Assembly (NCBI RefSeq): GCF_964204645.1
Contig: NC_134034.1
Location: 9,932,962-9,996,961, forward strand
Source: Tubulanus polymorphus
Lineage: Eukaryota > Animalia > Nemertea
Direction of reading: 5' to 3'
DNA: 64,000 nt
This document shows, in pieces, positions 52,501 through 64,000 of the stretch; position 1 is the first letter of the stretch, and every line of letters starts with the position of its first letter. The position numbers and the translations under genes are program-made. Below the pieces are notes generated by a model. It was not told the origin of the DNA and searched no databases. It saw nothing but the letters and a program-made list of their open reading frames with translations.

Positions 52501-54750
52501 TCTTCCATATTTGTGTTCAAATTAATCAGTAATCAACAGTAAGACCCTCAGTAACATCTTTCATATTTCTGTTCAAATTAATCAGTAATCAATAGTAAGA
52601 CCCTCAGTAACATCTTTCATATTTCTGTTCAAATTAATCAGTAATCAACAGTAAGACCCTCAGTAACATCTTTCATATTTCTGTTCAAATTAATCAGTAA
52701 TCAACAGTAACACCCTCGGTAACATCTTTCATATTTCTGTTCAAATTAATCAGTAATCAACAGTAACACCCTCGGTAACATCTTTCATATTTCTGTTCAA
52801 ATTAATCAGTAATCAACAGTAAGACCCTCAGTAACATTTTTCATATTTCTGTTCAAATTAATCAGTAATCAACAGTAAGACCCTCAGTAACATTTTTCAT
52901 ATTTCTGTTCAAATTAATCAGTAATCAATAGTACGACCCTCAGTAACATCTTTCATATTTCTGTTCAAATTAATCAGTAATCAATAGTAAGACCCTCAGT
53001 AACATCTTTCATATTTCTGTTCAAATTAATCAGTAATCAACAGTAAGACCCTCAGTAACATCTTTCATATTTCTGTTCAAATTAATCAGTAATCAACAGT
53101 AAGACCCTCAGTAACATCTTTCATATTTCTGTTCAAATTAATCATTAATCAACAGTAAGACCCTCAGTAACATCTTTCATATTTCTGTTCAAATTAATCA
53201 GTAATCAACAGTAACACCCTCAGTAACATCTTTCATATTTCTGTTCAAATTAATCAGTAATCAACAGTAATACCCTCAGTAACATCCTTCATATTATCGT
53301 TCTTTGTTATAAAAGATTAACAAATACTAAAAATCAGGAACAGTAGGCAGCTCTGGAATTTTTTTGGCAATCCATCAATACAGTGTGAAATGGATTTAAA
53401 AACAATGGGTTATTCAGATTCGCGCACAGTTTCACTGGCCGTATAAAGACTAAATCAAGAGAAATATCCCCAAAAATTGATCCCGGACAAAAATAGATTT
53501 AGACTTCGATACGTACTGTTGTAAACAATTAAAACTGTCATCTTTTCGTCCGATCTCGTTGTAGATGACCGCTCCAAGCGCCAATGGTCCGGCGTCTCCG
53601 CATAAAAACGACACGCGTTTCCCTTTCAAATGACGTAGAGGGCGCTTCAGATAACTTTCAGCCGATTTCAAATATTGTCCGTTTTCGTCGTCGAGCTTTC
53701 GATGCAGGTGATAATAAAGCAGAGCGATGCCTGATAAAGAAATTAGGCCGGGTTTATTTCAGCGAGTTCCAGGGCCAGTTTTAAACGGTCTGGGGCTGGC
53801 TTTAAGGGAACTTAACCATCAACCCCCCACTTCTAATTGTCACACCCATGGTCTATGACCATTTCTACCCATAGCCAATGTAACAATTTAAGATCAGTCT
53901 ACAAAATAAAGACCATGTTTGATATAGTGCATTGACGCTTCTCGGGCCGGGTCCATAGTTGTGACTTAAGACCAAAAGTGGTCTTAAACCTCCAGACCGG
54001 TCTTAAGTTGTTAGATTGGCTAAAGAACTAAGTTTGTCTTAGACCGGTCTTAAGTCTAAGCCCTGTCTATGGAACCGGCCCCTGAATCTGTGACCCTGTT
54101 TTTACTAACCAGACATTCCGGTATAGACCGAAAAATCATCGTTGTCCACTTCTTCGGCTTTCAATCCATGTTCCATGTGCGACAGCAATCTTTGGATTCC
54201 TTGTTGAATTTTTTTACGTGAATCCGCCGCCAGCTAGAGGATACAATAGAACCAACTATCAGAACAGGATGGCCCACAGGGGGTCGTAGGTTAATGTAAA
54301 AATGATTATCCCTGTTAATACAGTGTCTACATACAATGTATATTAGACACTAGTTAGTTACCTAACGTTGGTGGTAAGCTTTTTATAATCGGATGAGCTT
54401 ATACCAACTGTGGTTTGTGAAAATATCCGATCGTGAAACTAAACCACAGACCACAGGGACTTGTCACAGTTGATAGTGAATGAATAAAACCAATATCATT
54501 ATCAATGACCAGATCCACTATCCCTGTATAATAAAGAAACTATTATCATACAGTTGCAGAGATACTGGTACCCCCATCATTGGTCTCATCCATTATCAAT
54601 CGTGACAAGTCCCTGTGCCACAGACAGGTTACTGACTAATTAGTCCAAAAACCTCACCCGCCCATCATCAATCCCAGCGTTTTTCTCTTCTTTGCTTTTT
54701 GTTAATTCTGGGAAATGATTCGTAAAATGTCGCCCATCTTTAACATCCAT
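49587..54750 (-). CDS. LANCL2: LanC-like protein (LANCL1/2 family), 409 aa, 9 exons
   Basis: Exons 54750-54658, 54233-54110, 53730-53517, 52333-52192, 51748-51608, 50943-50758, 50226-50050, 49840-49768, 49666-49587 (1230 nt). Motifs: SVYTGMSGIALLY, FLCGDAGPLA, PDELLFGRVGY, YLGAAHG, Zn ligands WCHG and GICHG, RTPDRPYSLFEGLAG, RFPAFQL. Choice of LANCL2 over LANCL1 is tentative. Confidence 0.95.
52460..53295. repeat. 56-bp tandem repeat, ~15 copies (LANCL intron 3)
   Basis: caaattaatcagtaatcaacagtaagaccctcagtaacatctttcatatttctgtt unit. Confidence 0.95.
53944..54082. mobile_element. MITE, same family as 9601-9740
   Basis: Near-identical reverse complement of 9601-9740. Confidence 0.7.
54452..54617. 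mobile_element. 166-bp MITE with 8-bp TSD (P or hAT superfamily)
   Basis: TIRs CACAGGGACTTGTCAC and TSD ccacagac on both sides. The uninterrupted target sequence is visible in the paralogous repeat at ~33410. Confidence 0.8.
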
Positions 54751-54826
54751 GATGATCGTGGTTTATTGTTTAATTTCAAATTTCCTTTCGTTTTGATTTG
54801 TATTTGAGTTTGTTATGTCAGGGACA

Positions 54827-54834
54827 TATCGATA
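54827..54834. promoter_or_regulatory. DRE-like element (TATCGATA) in the LANCL promoter
   Basis: Exact palindrome ~80 bp upstream of the LANCL ATG. Confidence 0.35.
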
Positions 54835-54931
54835 AATTGAACGGCCGCAATAGACTGGTTACCGTTCTCTATCGTGGGACAGGCAACCAGTCTATAGCTC
54901 ACGGTGTACCCCTAACATTTGGATTCGGCCT

Positions 54932-55260
54932 AAAAAGTCGATGTGCCAACGCTAGCGCTCCTCCCGCGGCGGGATTGCAAATTTGGCATCCCTCAGATTC
55001 TAACCATGTTCCTTTCTCGGCACTGATTCGAATCTGGTGGCATCGTGAGACCTTGGAGTAATCATTTGAATGATTACTCCAAGGTGGAGACTCGATCAGC
55101 CCTAGGCACATCGGATCCGGAATCTCGCGGAGGATAATCGCATGCCCGAACCATAGTTTTAGTCAGTAGCTCCGCGATCCTAAGCCCCGACCCGACCCAC
55201 AGCCACCAGCCACTGTGGAGTATACTAGAGCAACGTGGATGCAACCCCGTCCTCGGGCTT
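54932..55260 (-). ncRNA. Candidate structured ~330-nt Pol III-type ncRNA, family not recognised
   Basis: Three consecutive closed helical domains, a perfect 17-bp hairpin at 55050-55085, a T5 run right after the last helix on the - strand, and AT-rich/PSE-like elements at about -30 and -46 to -66. Confidence 0.5.
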
Positions 55261-56324
55261 GGTTTGTAAAGCGCACTAGCTAACGGATAAACGGTCTTCA
55301 TACACTTTGATTCATGCATAGAATTTCAAACACAGAGAGACAGGGAGAGACCATATTTACATTATAGTCAACTACTTTCATCAACACGCCGACATTTGCG
55401 CTAAGTAAAATCACTAAGTGTAATTTGATATCACTCTCACGAGCTTACTGCTAGGTTCATGTCGAAGACAAAGTGAAACTACAGATGAGAAATAACGTGT
55501 GGGCGATGCCGACGATCGGCCCTACCAAATAGAAGATTTGTTTCTTTACCTTCGGGTGGTATAGGTAGTCGAATGAATCCGTGCTAGCGCTGAAGTTAAT
55601 CGAAAAAGTTCCACAATTCGAATTTTTATATGATATCATTTATAGAAACGAGACCACAACGTTTCGTTTATTGACTAACAGCCATCATCAGGTGTGGAAT
55701 AATTCCACCGTTCCACCATTCGAATTGTGGGACTTCTTCAATTATGTAAACGACTATAACGATGAATATCGGTGGAGCCCGAGGCGGTGAGTGGGCGCAG
55801 TGTCATGTGAACTAACGATCATTTCATTTCTTACAGCGATATTCGATAATGCATCTTTTCCCTTCCTCCGGAGTGTATATATACAACAATATCCCCCATC
55901 ATTTCGCAAATATTCATAGATTCGAATGCCGATAATAGCGTGCCCTGTAGCGTGACTGATTTTGCGGGCCGTGCGTACTCAGGTCTTTTGGACGCCTGCC
56001 AATGCCCATAGACTGCAGAGGAGCCGTAAACGCTAGCTAACCCGACCAGTTGGCGCGAGGAGCATTCGTCGTCGAAATAAGTTCATTTTCAATCTTAATG
56101 AACTTATAATTTAGGCTCCCGAACCGATACATTATCACAGGGGATCCACCAAATATATATGCATTAAATTCATTTTTCTACTCGGACACTTATCATAAAT
56201 ATTTAAGTAAAAGTTCTTTCAAATTTAACTGAAATGTAGAAGAAATTGAACGCGGAAGACCGATGACTACTAGCGACACCTGGTGGACCTTCGCCTGACA
56301 TATGAGCCATCCGATTGCCACAGG

Positions 56325-56480
56325 AGGTCGGAAGTTCCTATTTTCGGCTTCTTAGTGGATATTACGTACCTGTATACGCGGGAGTGAATACGATGAGCCT
56401 AGAGTTTTATTCAATTTCCGAAAAAAATTCACAAAATCGCGGATTTTTGGCGTTACGTCGTCGTTATCCCGACAGCCCCC
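56325..56480 (+). pseudogene. Possible CUB-domain exon remnant
   Basis: LLSGYYVPVYAGVNTMSLEFYSISEKNSQNRGFLA resembles the CUB C-terminal pattern (S.gn.m.v.F.Sd.s...rGF.a.Y), followed by an apparent frameshift and stops. Confidence 0.3.
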
Positions 56481-56629
56481 GCCCCACCCTCGCTACGAGT
56501 CTGAATACATCTTTGGTCTCGCCTTCCCAAAAAGTACTGATAGATAACCATCACCGATAGAGGGCAGTTTACTTTTACAGCTGAAATTCCACCATGCCGA
56601 GAATTCGATCAAATTAAATAAAATTCAAA

Positions 56630-57836
56630 TCAATCATCCCTATTTCGCGATTCAAAGAAACGTGATAAGATCACTAAGAGTTTAAATGTATCAAAATCGC
56701 CAAATATGAAATGGTATAATAGGCAGTTGAAGCAGATGTAGTTTTTATTGTAGTGCGCGCCGCTCGGGGGATTGTTTTGTTTGGTTTCGCCGATGAGGCG
56801 TTGATAATCTAACATCCTGTAATATTCTCTGCCGCACTGCGGGAAAATCAAACGACTTGTGAAAAATCGCACTCACGGTTTTCTTCTCGACGCCGTAATA
56901 TATCAGACGCTCCTGTTTATACGACATACCGCGTTGAGAATCAACGCAAATAGATGGATTTCCAAATACCATAATATTTGGTAAAGGTCGCCGATCTGAG
57001 GCAGCGCCTTTTACTGAGATGAACAAAATTCACAATTACTTGCTAAATATTTCCGGAGTATGTTATCCGTTGGCATAGCAATAAAGCTTAGAAAAAGGCT
57101 GAAAAATGATAGATACATTGGACCCAGTTCCACAGTTCCGTGTTAAGGGTGGACTCGGAGTTAACCCATTGAAAATGAACTGATTTTATCTCAGAATTAA
57201 CTCTAAACTCAAAACTGTGGAACCGGATCCTGTTTTTTATTTCCGCTTGGCTTAAAATCGACTCCTATGTACCCTGTAGGCCCTATATTACTTTTTCTTA
57301 AAATCGCGATCAAGCTAATTATAACAGATCCGGTAGCTATAGAAATGAACTGATGACACATTTTACAAAATGACTCGGCCGATTAGGAGATAATGTATCA
57401 TGTTTTCATAGCCAAAAGAAATATTCTTATAGAACATAGAACCACTGATTTTAGATTTTATATAGTAAAGCGTCGTGACCGTTACTGATCCTTAACAGCC
57501 AAATTATTGTTTATCGGAACTTTATAGCGGATAAATAAACAATATAAACACAAGGTATTTCTGTGATATTTTGAATTTGTTTGCAGTTCATATTTATCGA
57601 GATTATCAGCAACCCGAAAGTGAAATCTAAGTCCATACACGAACCCCTGTGTCGTTTTCTGCGTTCATTAAGACGGGCCCTGAAACCGATCAACAGAACA
57701 AGGATCACCGATAATCCGCCCGCCAGATAACACAAACACCACGAGAAAACTAACAACCACGACTCGATGAAAGGCGGACAAATTGATAAATAATAATGTG
57801 ACACCGGGTTAAAAAGGTGTCCTCGGTGAATTATCA
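56630..57836 (-). CDS. Tentative spliced 3' part of an unrecognised membrane-protein gene
   Basis: Phase-consistent putative exons ~57836-57644 (TM segment LAGGLSVILVLLIGF followed by basic RARLNERRKRHR), 57013-56878 and 56837-56630. The model needs a 40-nt intron and has no start found. Confidence 0.25.
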
Positions 57837-59378
57837 GCTACACTGTCAATCTGAGAGTGATACAGAGTGGAACTCGTGTTCATTCTGTCGTTTATGGCTC
57901 TTTCGGGAGAAGGTTTTCTTTTCGCTAACCGTTCTTACTTAATGAAATACACGGCGAGAAATGAGTTCTTCTATATAGGTTTCAAATACGATTATATCTC
58001 CTGTCTCACCCCCTCGCCCTCACCCCACACCAAATCAATCGACTCTTACTGATGTAGTCTAGTTAATAGAGGTTATTTTGTTGCGACCACTGATGGCCAT
58101 TCTACGCGGCCGTAAAAATTAGTCGGGCAAACAGCGTCGTGAATGTAATTTTACTCTGCGCGATGCATAGATGTTATTCTAGCCGTAGGCCGCAATTCAC
58201 GCGCGGTGGAAGACGGTTTATTCCAGGTAAAAAACACAATCAGTTTCGTAAGAGGAAGTTTTATTCGCCGTACATCTAATAAACAGATATACGAACAAGA
58301 AGTTAGAAATATATGTACTTAGCTTGGAAAGAGTCCAGTTGCACAGCAGTGGCGACTATAGTGATCTCCCCGATCTTGTTACGATGCTCTTGCAATTTGC
58401 AGAGAAACTCATCATTCTTCTTTACCATAAACATTAACATAACCCAAGAATTAAATAAAACATTGTAAATTTAAACCTAGCCACTTTGCGTTCGGCTTTA
58501 TCAATAATCCTAACAAACCAATTTTCTTAGATATCGCCATATTTTTAAATCATGGACTTGTAAATATCACGGAAAGAATATAGTATGGAGGCCCTAATGA
58601 TAGATATTATATTATATTGTTTCTCTTGTTTATTTATTGTTTTATTGTTCACCCTTTCTATATTTTCCGTTTTCACAATCATGTACTCTTGATTTATGAT
58701 GAATAAATGAATTTGAATTGATTTTTTTAAAATTTTGATGCAAGTCTCAAAGCATGCAAATAGGCGACAGGGCAATTAGATTTATAGCGCCTGTTTTGTG
58801 GAACCAATTTCCCTTGAGATATTTGACGAAGTCCATCGGTTCAATGTTTTAAGACAAACTTGAGAACTTATTTTTTCAGAAAGAGCTATAAGTGCAATCA
58901 ATCTTGGTCACCTGTAAATTCTAGCTTAATAATATCTATTCACCGAGGTCTTCAAATTACTAATTTATGAGCTCATATTTATCTTAAACTGATAAATTCA
59001 AAAGTGGTGTTAAATCTTATGCGTGACTGGTCTAAAGTTGTTAGATTGGCTAAAGAACCAAAATGAGTTTAGACTGGTCTTAAGTTGTTATATTGGCTAA
59101 AGAACCAAATTGAGTTTAGACTGGTCTTTAGTTGTTAGATTGGTTATAGAACCAAATGGAGCTGAGACTGGTCTTAAGTTGTTAGATTGGTTATAGGCTG
59201 GCCTTTTGACAAGAAGGCCGCGTCGAGAACGTGTTCGCGACATGCGAGTCCAGTGATCGACTGAGTGAGAGCGGGAAGCGCTGGAACAGGTAGACGACAC
59301 TACTACCTCGAGTTGTTTTAACGCATATAATAGGCTATCCGCGCGTTACAAATTTTCGTTTTTGTTTTCGAAAAAAAA

Positions 59379-59693
59379 ATGTCACCACCTCGGACTACTG
59401 GTCGGTCAAACAGATTAGCAGTTGTTGTTGTTTTCGCGTTGTTGATATTCGTTAGTTTACAAACGGTCGAAACGAAACGTCGAAAATTTGACTTGAAACG
59501 ATTTTGCAGCCGGGTTTGCCTGGTGAATCAGGGCGGACATATTTGTAGGTGTAACTACGTGATGTGGTTGGGAAAACGCTCAGCCGTCAGAAATCGGCAA
59601 TTCGCAAATCTTCGCCAATTCGTTTTAGAATCGCTCGACGAAAATCGCGACGACGACGACGTAGAAATTCTGCGCAGATTTCGAAGTTCGTAG
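59379..59693 (+). CDS. Secreted Cys-rich amidated neuropeptide precursor (104 aa); predicted mature peptide FCSRVCLVNQGGHICRCNYVMWL-NH2
   Basis: Hydrophobic signal peptide (LAVVVVFALLIFVSLQTVET), dibasic KR before the peptide, GKR amidation/cleavage site after it, a C-x3-C-x8-C-x-C framework and an acidic C-terminal propeptide. From recall, it resembles lophotrochozoan HFAamide-type precursors (CxxxCxxGxGGNxCxCN..HFAG-KR). Confidence 0.8.
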   Translation: MSPPRTTGRSNRLAVVVVFALLIFVSLQTVETKRRKFDLKRFCSRVCLVNQGGHICRCNYVMWLGKRSAVRNRQFANLRQFVLESLDENRDDDDVEILRRFRSS

Positions 59694-61764
59694 AAATATC
59701 GAGCGAAAAAGGAAATATCACGGGCATTCTAACTTAAAATCGACAGGTAAGTTTTCTGAAACTGGTTCAGACAGCTTTAACAAGAGTTATTGTAATCATT
59801 TTCCTATAACTTTTAGCGCTACCATTCGTGTTATTAGTGCAGCAATTCTCGGCAAAACTTTCGGCAAACGAAAATGACGTCATCGTTACTCACTCAAATC
59901 CATCACAAATTCTAGCGCTCCTGTGGCAAGCATAGATCCGCCAGGTTCGCTAGTAGTAATTGATTTTTTCTATATTCTAATGGTAACTGATGAACTCTTC
60001 AAGAAATCATCTTTATTGTTAATCATAACCATATCTGAGTAAAAATTGAATCTAAAGTATATTTGGTGCCGCACCCTGTGATGATGTGTGGTTTTGGGAG
60101 CCTAAAAAAATCAGTTCGAAGTTCATTGAAAATGAACTAATTTTGACAACGAGACCGAGTGACCATCACGCCATCTGGTGGGATAACTGGTATCGCAGCA
60201 GCTCCCCACTGCCGGCTCGCCCATGCACGTCATTGTGTTAATCAAAAAGGTTACGAACTCAAGAAGAAAATTCGCACTAATTACATTACATAATCCAGTA
60301 CAAGTTCACCCACCACTTTTATATATAGATGTGACGTCTAGGCTTGCTGTCTAATTACACGAAGAAATATACCACTTTGACCTTTATTTCGTCGAGTTGC
60401 CGCGGGCAAAAATTGTGTGTCGGTAAAATAATTGTCACCACGAAGCCTGAGAGAAAAAATTTTAGCTCTTTCTACTGTAAAAAAGCGTATACACGAGTTT
60501 CTTAAATTCCATCGATACGAAAATGCTGTACGAACTAATGGTACCATTCAACAGTTCAATGTCGCCATTTTTTCTACGAATTTAGTACCGGCACACACAC
60601 ACAAGATGGCGCTACTATCAGGGGTCGACCCAGGGTCAAAGGAAGGAGGTTTTCAAGAAATTTAGGGCCTTCGTATACACTATGATCTATTAGATCATAT
60701 TCAATAGTTAAACAGCTAGTTATTGCCATAACAAGATTTTGATACTATTCAGTTGTACTTTGATTTTGATCCAGGAAATATTCATTCCGCAATATTTGAG
60801 GGTTGATTTTCAGGGACCCCAAAATGTAGGGGTGCGCACACCCACGGACATCTCCTGGATCCCCGCCAATGACTATACGGTCGGTTTTACGTAATCGAAA
60901 TAGTTCAATTCCAGAACAGAACTAAATTTTTTGACTTCGAAATTTCCGATTATTCGAGCCTCCAAAACATACCGTATTGACTTTTCCACTCTCGATGTTT
61001 GGATTAAGTTCCGTTGCTACTCGATTTTGTCCAGCGAGAGAAGTTTGTTCAATTTCCGATCGAACCAATGTAACCGAGTATACATACTAGCGAACCTGGC
61101 GGATCTCCACTTGCCACAGTAAACGGTGCCGCGGTATTCCATCGAATAAATATTAGAATATTGATATGAATCTTTTTTCTCTTTTTTCAAGGCTTCTCCA
61201 GGGGGAAACCAATATAGAATACAGACATTTATAGAAACGACACGTCATTCGGTTGTAGAAAAGTGCAAAAACGTATAGAAAACCAACCGAAATTCGAAAT
61301 CTGATGGGGTTTAGTTCCGTAAAGCCGCGTTTGAGAGGACTCGTGACCAATGAATAATTACTGGAATCGGTTAATCGTCCCATGTATCAACGTGCAGTTT
61401 ATTGCGCTTGAATTTCACTAAATCGAGCCGGGATTTAGGTTAAAAACCGATGAATTTATTTGGGAATGAATTTTGCAACGAATAGTAAACAAGTGCAGAT
61501 ATAATCATTTAAGCGCAGAGCGGAGAAAATTGTGCGGACTATATATACATGTAAATATGATAACCATCCTGATAAATAAAGTGGTTATTCGTGGAATAAT
61601 AAAAGGAGATTAAATGATTAGATATATGTTCGACTTCGATGGTATTTACGGGGAGTCGAGATTACGAAACAAAAAAAAAATCTAGTCAGACATTTTTGAA
61701 TCATTTTGAGTGAAATAAAATTATATCTATTTTGAATCAAATGTTTTTAAATCTATATCCGGTA

Positions 61765-62785
61765 TGGTATCTTGTCTGGTTTAAATCTAAGTGTATCTTG
61801 CATGGTTTAAACCTAAGTGTATCTTGTCTGGTTCAAACCTAAGTGTATCTCGTATGGTTTAAATCTAAGTGTATCTCGTATGGTTTAAATCTAAGTTGTT
61901 CTTGAATGGTTTAAACCTAAGCGTATCTCGTACGGTTCAAACCTCAGTGTATCTCGTATGGTTTAAACCTAAGTGTATCTCGTATGGTTTAAATCTAAGT
62001 TGTTCTTGTATGGTTTAAACCTAAGTGTATCTCGTATGGTTCAAACCTCAGTGTATCTCGTATGGTTTAAACCTAAGTGTATCTCGTATGGTTTAAATCT
62101 AAGTGTATCTCGTATGGTTTAAATCTAAGTGTAACTCGTATGGTTGAAACCTAAGTGTATCTCGTATGGTTTAAATCTAAGTGTATCTCGTATGGTTTGA
62201 ATCTAAGTGTATCTCGTATGGTTTGAATCTAAGTGTATCTCGTATGGTTTAAATCTAAGTTGTTCTTGTATGGTTTAAACCTAAGCGTATCTCGTATGGT
62301 TCAAACCTCAGTGTATCTCGTATGGTTTAAACCTAAGTGTATCTCGTATGGTTCAAACCTCAGTGTATCTCGTATGGTTTAAACCTAAGTGTATCTCGTA
62401 TGGTTTAAATCTAAGTGTATCTCGTATGGTTTAAATCTAAGTGTAACTCGTATGGTTGAAACCTAAGTGTATCTCGTATGGTTGAAACCTAAGTGTATCT
62501 CGTATGGTTTAAATCTAAGTGTATCTCGTATGGTTTGAATCTAAGTGTATCTCGTATGGTTTGAATCTAAGTGTATCTCGTATGGTTTAAATCTAAGTTG
62601 TTCTTGTATGGTTTAAACCTAAGCGTATCTCGTATGGTTCAAACCTCAGTGTATCTCGTATGGTTTAAACCTAAGTGTATCTCGCATGGTTTAAACCTAA
62701 GTGTATCTCGTATGGTTTAAATCTAAGTGTATCTCGTATGGTTTGAATCTAAGTGTATCTCGTATGGTTCAATTCTAAGTGTATA
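61765..62785. repeat. 26-bp minisatellite, ~39 copies, overlapping the DEG/ENaC stop codon and 3' UTR
   Basis: ctaagtgtatctcgtatggtttaaa(c/t) unit. Confidence 0.95.
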
Positions 62786-63500
62786 TCATCCGTTGCCGAC
62801 GTTGCTGCCTGGTTTTTTCTGTCACTGCTAGCATTTCCCTTTTTCCCAATTCGGGAGAATCCTCGCAGAATTTCACCACCGAGGAAGTAGATAACCTCAG
62901 CGATAGCCAGCAGGGAGGCTCCGAGATAGAGACCAGCAGTACCGCCGACATCACCTACAAAAGAAAATCGATGTTATTTCTAGGTCACAGAATTCCATAT
63001 TTGAGTTTTCATTTTCATCCCCCAACCCGCAATGCATCACTACGGTACGAGCTTTCTTCCGCTCAACCCGCTGGGCGTCACTACGGGCATAACAGCAGTT
63101 CGAGCGCTACTAAAGCCACTATAAGTACGGGCTCGAGGTTTCTTTCCGAATCCCCATATTGTTAGAAGCAGGCCGGTATTCTATTTATCCCGATTAAGGG
63201 GCCAGAGAAGAATCTTTCGACCAAGAAAAGAACTTCGCTGCTTCCAATAAGAGGACAATACAATCTCATAAAGAGCTTATGTTTTTATAAATCTTTAGGT
63301 ATCAGTTTGATGTTTTTAATTTTCCCGGGTAACGTCATGTTTTCAGGGGGGGGGGCGTACCCCTGTATACCCTCCCCTTGGATCCACCCCTGGTGTTCAT
63401 ATACTTACAAACCAATGAAAACCACGTGTAAGCTTTTGACTTTGTTAGTTTTTCTACGTCGAGCGACCGGAAAAATACGTTCACATAAACATAATTATCC
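62749..63500 (-). CDS. DEG/ENaC (ASIC-like, amiloride-sensitive sodium channel family), last two exons; gene continues beyond the window end
   Basis: Exons 63500-63409 and 62954-62749 splice in frame to give DNYVYVNVFFRSLDVEKLTKSKAYTWFSLVCDVGGTAGLYLGASLLAIAEVIYF, the pre-TM2/TM2 signature with the GAS selectivity filter. Confidence 0.9.
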
Positions 63501-63698
63501 CTGAAATGTAACGTGTGAAAATGATACCAGATGGCGTTACTGTACAGTTTTAGTACCAATGATAAAAGTTGATTTCATTTTATTTGGAATATATATTAGT
63601 AGAAGGTAACCCATTCAAAGGAAATTATTTTCAGCAATCTTTCAATATACGGTAAAATGGATTAGAAATCGATGTATGCATTCAGCTGCCCATCAGTG

Positions 63699-63850
<152 letters not shown>

Positions 63851-63888
63851 ATAGTCGTTTTCAAAAATTATATATGTAGAATATAGTC

Positions 63889-63939
<51 letters not shown>

Positions 63940-64000
63940 ATAGTCGTTTTCAAAAATTATATATGTAGAATATAGTCGTTTTCAAAAATTCTCGACCTAC

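Noticed and set aside
54851-55260. Telomerase RNA on the + strand (CCCTAAC at 54910-54916)
   Set aside because: The template match is only 7 nt, and I found no U-rich/A-rich pseudoknot or H/ACA domain. The terminator and promoter-like signals point to the - strand.
62779-63165. 128-aa ORF on the + strand
   Set aside because: It is the antisense shadow of the DEG/ENaC terminal exon.

Overview
Intron-rich, repeat-rich animal genomic DNA, most consistent with a marine lophotrochozoan invertebrate (inferred from gene content). I reconstructed four protein-coding genes by hand: a complete class IIa histone deacetylase (HDAC4-like, + strand, 20 coding exons at 17322-34835, plus alternative 5' exons at 4545-4596 and 12217-12237); a complete LanC-like gene (LANCL2-like, - strand, 9 exons, 54750-49587); a single-exon Cys-rich amidated neuropeptide precursor (59379-59693, +); and the last two exons of a DEG/ENaC (ASIC-like) channel (63500-62749, -). 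Introns carry many minisatellites, MITEs, tRNA-derived SINE heads and Penelope-type minimal hammerhead motifs. Three signals are not explained by these genes. (1) A locus at 44.6-49.3 kb has a ~235-bp inverted repeat whose mismatches are strongly biased to G-U pairs on the + strand, a loop made of tandem small hairpins, and ~2 kb of back-to-back stem-loops, i.e. a candidate hairpin-RNA or structured lncRNA gene. (2) A ~330-nt highly structured candidate Pol III ncRNA lies just upstream of LANCL. (3) The neuropeptide gene sits tail-to-tail with the DEG/ENaC gene. All alignments and folds were done by eye; no searches were run.
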